Shown: positions 58,900 through 64,000 of the stretch, piece by piece
Layout: each line of letters begins with the position of its first letter
How positions within the stretch are numbered: the stretch's first letter is position 1
DNA from: Lama glama
Taxonomy: Eukaryota
Assembly (NCBI GenBank): GCA_028534125.1
Contig: CM052816.1
Coordinates: 7,442,001-7,506,000, forward strand
Reading direction: 5' to 3'
DNA: 64,000 nt
The notes under the pieces: model-generated
Databases searched by the model: none
Told to the model about the DNA's origin: nothing
Seen by the model: the letters and a program-made list of their open reading frames with translations, nothing else
Translations under genes and position numbers: made by a program

Positions 58900-61322
58900 T
58901 AGACAAAGACATTACAAGAAAGTAAAGCTACAGACCAAAATCCTTCATGATCATAGATGTAAAAATTCTGAACAAAATTTTAGCACACCAAATTCAACAA
59001 TATATTAAAAGGATAATATACATGACCAAGTGGGCTTTATCCCAGGAATACAGGTTTAATATTTGAAAATCAGTGTAATTCACCGCATTAACAAACTGAA
59101 AAATAGAAAAATATATGATCATCTCAATATACATATAAAAACATTTGGCAAAATCTGTCTAATATAAAACTCTCAGCAATTAGGAACAGTAGGGAACGTT
59201 CACAACTGGTAATGTACATCTATGAAAAATCTATAGCTAACATCATAGTTAATGAGGAAAGACTGAATGCTTTCCCTGTGAGATCAGGAACAAAATACAG
59301 ATGTCCACTCTCACCACGTCTATTCAATATTGTACCAGATGTTCAGGCAGTAAAATCAGGCAAGAAAAAGAAAGAAAAGGTATCCAGAATGGAAAGGAAG
59401 AAGTAAAATTGTCTTTATATGAAATGATATGATCATCAGTGTAGAAGATCCAGTGGAATCTACAAAAAAGCTACTACTAATTGAGTTGACAAAGTTTCAG
59501 AATACAAGGTCATATACAAAATCCAACTGTGTTTCTCTGTACTAGCCGAGAACATTCAGAAATTGAGCTTACAATAACATCAGAAATCTGCAATAACTGG
59601 GGATAAATCTAATGAAAGACATGAAACATATGTAAACTGAAGACTATAATACATTGCTGAAAGAAATAAAGAACTAAATGTATGGAGAGATACACCTTGT
59701 TCATGGTTCAAAAGACACATGATTAAGATGTCAATTCTCATCAAATTTAGAAGTTTTTTTTTCTTCAGTATAAATTGACCATCTGATTCTAATATTCATA
59801 TGAAAATGCAGAGGACCTAGAATTGTCAAAATATCTTTGGAAAAAAAAGAAAAAAGTTGAAGGGCCATCACTATCTGATTTCAAGAATTATAACAAAGCT
59901 ACCATAATCAAAACTGCACGGTGTTGCCAAAACAGACAAATACTTCAATGGACCAGAATAGAGAGTCCAGAAACAATTCTACACATACATGGGCAACTGA
60001 TTTTTGATAAAGGTTCAGAGGCAAAGGCAAGGTAGTGGAGAAGCGATCACCTTTTCAAAGAAGTTGTGTTGCAAAAATTGGATATACATACGCCCCTCTC
60101 CCCCTCAAAAAACAGAGAACTTGGAGCCATACTTTACATCATATACAAAAAAAATCAACTTAAAATGTATCTTAGACCTAAATGTAAAATCTAAAACTAT
60201 AGAACTTTTAGAAGAAAACCTGGGAGAGAAGAATGCTGTGCCCTTTGAGCTAGGCAAAGATTTCTTAGATACAACAACAAAAGCACAACCCATAAAAGAA
60301 CAAATTGCTAACGTGGACTCCATCAAAATTAAAGCCTTTATTCTTCAAAGGGCACTGTTAAGAAGATGAGAGGAAAAGCCACAGTCTGAGAGAGAATCTT
60401 TGCTAAGTTTATGTCTAATGAAAGACTCATATCCAGAATACGTAAAGAACTCTCAAAGCCCAACAATTAGAAAACAATTTTTTTTAATGGGCAAAAGATT
60501 TGAACAGACTCTTCACCAAAGAAGGTATATGAATGGTAAATAAGCATATGAAAAGATATCCAACATCATTAGTAATGAGAGAAATCAAAATTATAAACTC
60601 ACGATGAAATTCTACTGTACACCTATTAGAATGACTTAAATTTTAAACACTGATGATACTGGTGTTGGCAAGGATGTGGAGAAACTGGAAATCCCATGTG
60701 CTGCTGTTGTGGGTGGAAATGGTGCAACCACTTTGATAGTTTGGTAGTTTCTTAAAAAATTCAATATGCACTTACCATATGATCCAACAATTCCATCTCA
60801 GGATATTTACCTAAAATAAAAGAAATTTTATGTCTATAAAAAGACTTCTACACACATTTCTGGTAACTTTATTTGTAATAGCAAAAAGTAGGAAACAACC
60901 CAAATGTCTCCCAAAAAGTGAATGGATAAACAGACTGTGGTATATCCAAGCAGTGGAATACTACTCAGCAATAAATAGGAACAAACTGTTGATGCACACA
61001 ATAACATGGATGAATCTTAATTACATTGAGTGACAAAATCCAGATTTTAAAAAAAGCAAGTACAAATTGTATCATTTTATTCATATAAAAGTTTAGAAAA
61101 TGCATCCTAACCTGTAGGGACAGTAAGCAAATATGGTTGCTTGAAGGTGAGAAGGAGGTATTACAGAGGGGCAAGAGGAAACTTTTGGAAACAGTGAATA
61201 ATATATTCACTAGTTTGATTGTGAGGATTATTTCCCAGGTGTGTCAAAATTTATTAAATTGTGCACTTTAAATATGTGGAGTTTATTATGTATCAATTAT
61301 AATTCAATAGAGCTCTTAAAAA
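58900..61322 (+). mobile_element. Old degraded L1 (ORF2 3' half and 3'UTR)
   Basis: ORF2-like fragments (RSGTKYRCPLSP, LWYIQAVEYY) with frameshifts. Confidence 0.9.
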
Positions 61323-61369
61323 TAGGATGTGAAGCATGATGCCACCTTGATGCTTCAAAAAAAAAGCAG

Positions 61370-61531
61370 TGGGGGAAGGGTATATCTCAGTGGTTAGAGC
61401 ACATGCCTAGCATGCACGAGGTCCTGGGTTCAATCCCCAGTACCTCCATTAATTAACTAAATAAATAAATAAACCTAATACCTCCCCCCTCAAAAAAAAC
61501 ACACAAACAAAATAAATAAAATATATTTTTT
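61370..61531 (+). mobile_element. tRNA-derived SINE (vic-1-like) with 9-bp TSD
   Basis: ctcagtggttagagc A box, gggttcaatccc B box, A-rich tail; TSD aaaaagcag at 61361 and 61532. Confidence 0.9.
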
Positions 61532-62484
61532 AAAAAGCAGCCATATGAATATAGTCAAAGAATTTTGAAAGATATGCACAACATGAAATGCTGGAATTTT
61601 CTCCAAGTGGGTTGAATTATGAGTGAGTGAAATGTTATGGAGTGGTTTTTTGTTTTGTTTTGTGTTGCTTTTTTTGGCTTACTCATGTTGTTGCATTTTT
61701 AAAAATTGAACTACAGTCAGTTACAATGTGTCAATTTCTGATGTACAACATAATTTCCCAGTCATACATATATATGCATATATTCATTTCCATATTTTTT
61801 CATTAAAGGTTATTATAATATATTGAATATATTTTCCTGTGCTATACAGAAGTTTTTAATCTATTTTTACATACAGTGGTTGTCATTTGCAAATTTCAAA
61901 TTCCCAAATTTTACCCTTCCCACCTCCTTCCCCTGGTAACCATAACATTGTTTACTATGTCTGTAAGTCTGTTTCTGTTTTGTAGATGAGTTCATTAGTG
62001 TCCCCTTTTTTCTTTTTTTTTTATATTACACATATAAATGATATCATATGGTATTTTTCTTTCTCTTTCTGGCTTACTTCACTTAGAATGACAATCTCCA
62101 TGTCCATCCACGTTGCTGCAAATGGCATTATTTTATTCTTTTTTATCACCAAGTAGTATTCCATTGTATAAATTTACCACATCTTCTTTATCCAGTCATC
62201 TATCAATGGACATTTAGGTTGTTTACATTTCTGGCTATTGTATATACTGCTGCAATGAACTTTGGGGTGCAGGTATCTTTTCAAATTAAGAGTACCATCC
62301 AGATATATGTCCAGGAGTAGGATTGCTGGATCATAAGTCTATTTTTAGTCTTTTGAGGAATCTCCATACTGTTTTCCAAAATGGCTGCACCAAACGACAT
62401 TCCCACCAGCCCTGTAGGGTTCCCTTTTCTCCATACCCTCTCCAGCATTTATCATTTGTGTACTTTTTAAAGATGGCTATTCTG

Positions 62485-62589
62485 CAATGAGTGTGTATAT
62501 GTCCATGAATGACTGAAAAATTGTGCTGAACACTGGAATTTGACACAACATTGTAAAATGATTATAAATCAATAAAAAATGTTAAAAAA
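62485..62589 (+). mobile_element. Nested very short L1 3' tail with TSD
   Basis: TSD atggctattctg at 62473-62484 and 62590-62601; AATAAA plus A tail. Confidence 0.9.
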
Positions 62590-63717
62590 ATGGCTATTCT
62601 GATTGGTATGAGGTAATACCTCATTGTAGTTTTGATTTGCATTTATCTGATTAGTGATATTGAGTATTTTTTCATGTACCTATTGGCCATTTGTATCTCT
62701 TCATTGCTTGTTTAGGTCTTTTGCCCATTTTTGGATTGGGTTGTTTGTTTTTTTGTTATTAAGTTGTATGAGCTATTTATATATTCTGGAAATTAAGCCC
62801 TTGTCAGTCTCATCATTTACTAATATTTTCTCCCATTCTGTAGGTTGTCATTTTGTTTTGTTCATGGTTTCCTTTGCTGTGCAAAAGCTTGTAAGTTTAA
62901 TTAGGCCCCATTTGTTAGTTTTTGCTTTTATTTCTATTGCCTGGGTAGACTGCCCTGGGAGAACATTCCCAAGATTTATGTCAGAGAATGTTTTGCCTAT
63001 GTTTTCTTCTAGTAGGTTTACAGTATCTTGTCTTATGTTTAAGTCTATAAGCCATTTTGAATTTACTTTTGTGTATGGAGTGAGGGAGTATTCTAACTTC
63101 ATTGATTTACATGCTGCTATCCAGTTTCCCAAAACCACTTGCTGAAGAGACTGTCTTTTCCCCATTGTATATTCTTGCCTCCTTTGTCAAAGATTAATTG
63201 ACCATAGGTCTGTGGATTTATTTCTGGGCTCTCTATTCTGTTCCATTGATCCATATATCTGTTTTCATTACCAATACCATGCTGTTTTGATGACTGTAGC
63301 TCTGTAATATTGTCTGAAGTCTGGGAGGGTTATTCCTCCAGCTTCATTCTTTTTCTTTAGTATTGCTTTGGCAGTTTGGAGTCTTTTGTGATTCCATATA
63401 AATTTTGAGATTATTTGTTCTAGTTCTGTGAAAAATGTCATGGGTAATTTGATAGGGATAGCATTAAATCTGTAGATTGCCTTGGGCAGTATGGCCATTT
63501 TAACAGTAGTGATTCTTCCAATTGAAGATCATGGGATAGATTTCCATTTCTTTAAGTCATCTTTCATTTCCTTAATCAGTATTTTATAGTTTTCCATGTA
63601 TAAGTCTTTCATCTCCTTGGTCAGATTTATTCCTAAGTATTTTATTGTTTTGGATGTGATTTTAAAAGGGATTGTTTCTTTACTTTCTTTTTCTGATATT
63701 TCACTATTAGTGTGAAG

Positions 63718-63807
63718 GAATGACTGAAAAATTGTGCTGAACACTGGAATTTGACACAACATTGTAAAATGATTATAAATCAATAAAAAATGTTAAAAAA
63801 AAAAAAA
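63718..63807 (+). mobile_element. Nested very short L1 3' tail
   Basis: 84 bp identical to 62507-62590; longer poly(A); interrupts the host gtgt(g)aagaaatgga. Confidence 0.9.
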
Positions 63808-64000
63808 GAAATGGAACTGACTTCTATGTTAATCTTGTATAGTGCTACCTTGCAGAATTCTTTTATCAACTCTAGTAGTTTTTGTGTGGAAACTTTAGGG
63901 TTTTCTGTATATAGTATCATGTCATCTGCATATAGTGGCAATTTTACCTCTTCTCTTCCAATTTGGATCCCTTTTTCTTGCCTGATTGCTGTGGCTAGGA

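Larger units (their letters stand above)
61696..64000 (-). mobile_element. Young antisense L1 running off the window end
   Basis: Minus-strand ORF2 peptides nearly identical to those of 25856-27712 ([24 protein letters not shown]). Confidence 0.95.

Noticed and set aside
61370..61447. tRNA-like sequence as a tRNA gene
   Set aside because: It has an A-rich tail and a TSD, and two related diverged copies lie nearby, so it is a SINE head

Overview
Mammalian genomic DNA, probably camelid: it has three tRNA-derived SINEs resembling vic-1, and I saw no Alu, B1, PRE-1 or Bov-tA. It holds two complete tandem + strand paralogues of the proton-coupled amino-acid transporter family, each with 10 coding exons. 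SLC36A2/PAT2 has its CDS at 910-23318 (1449 nt spliced, 482 aa). SLC36A3/PAT3 has its CDS at 32902-57604 (1452 nt spliced, 483 aa). All introns are GT-AG, and internal exons 2-9 have identical lengths in both genes (91, 89, 96, 85, 219, 99, 167, 170). The rest is intron and intergenic DNA rich in L1, L2, MIR, LTR and DNA-transposon remnants, with one 500-N gap. I found no new biological system. The best leads are: several substitutions at conserved residues plus a probable stop-loss extension in SLC36A3; a G-to-R change in SLC36A2; a TSD-flanked, poly(A)-tailed orphan retrocopy; two candidate L1 3' transductions; twin identical young L1 tail insertions; a 125-bp duplication around SLC36A3 exon 3; and a gap whose flanks look contiguous. 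Comparisons with human proteins and repeat-family names are from memory, not from searches.
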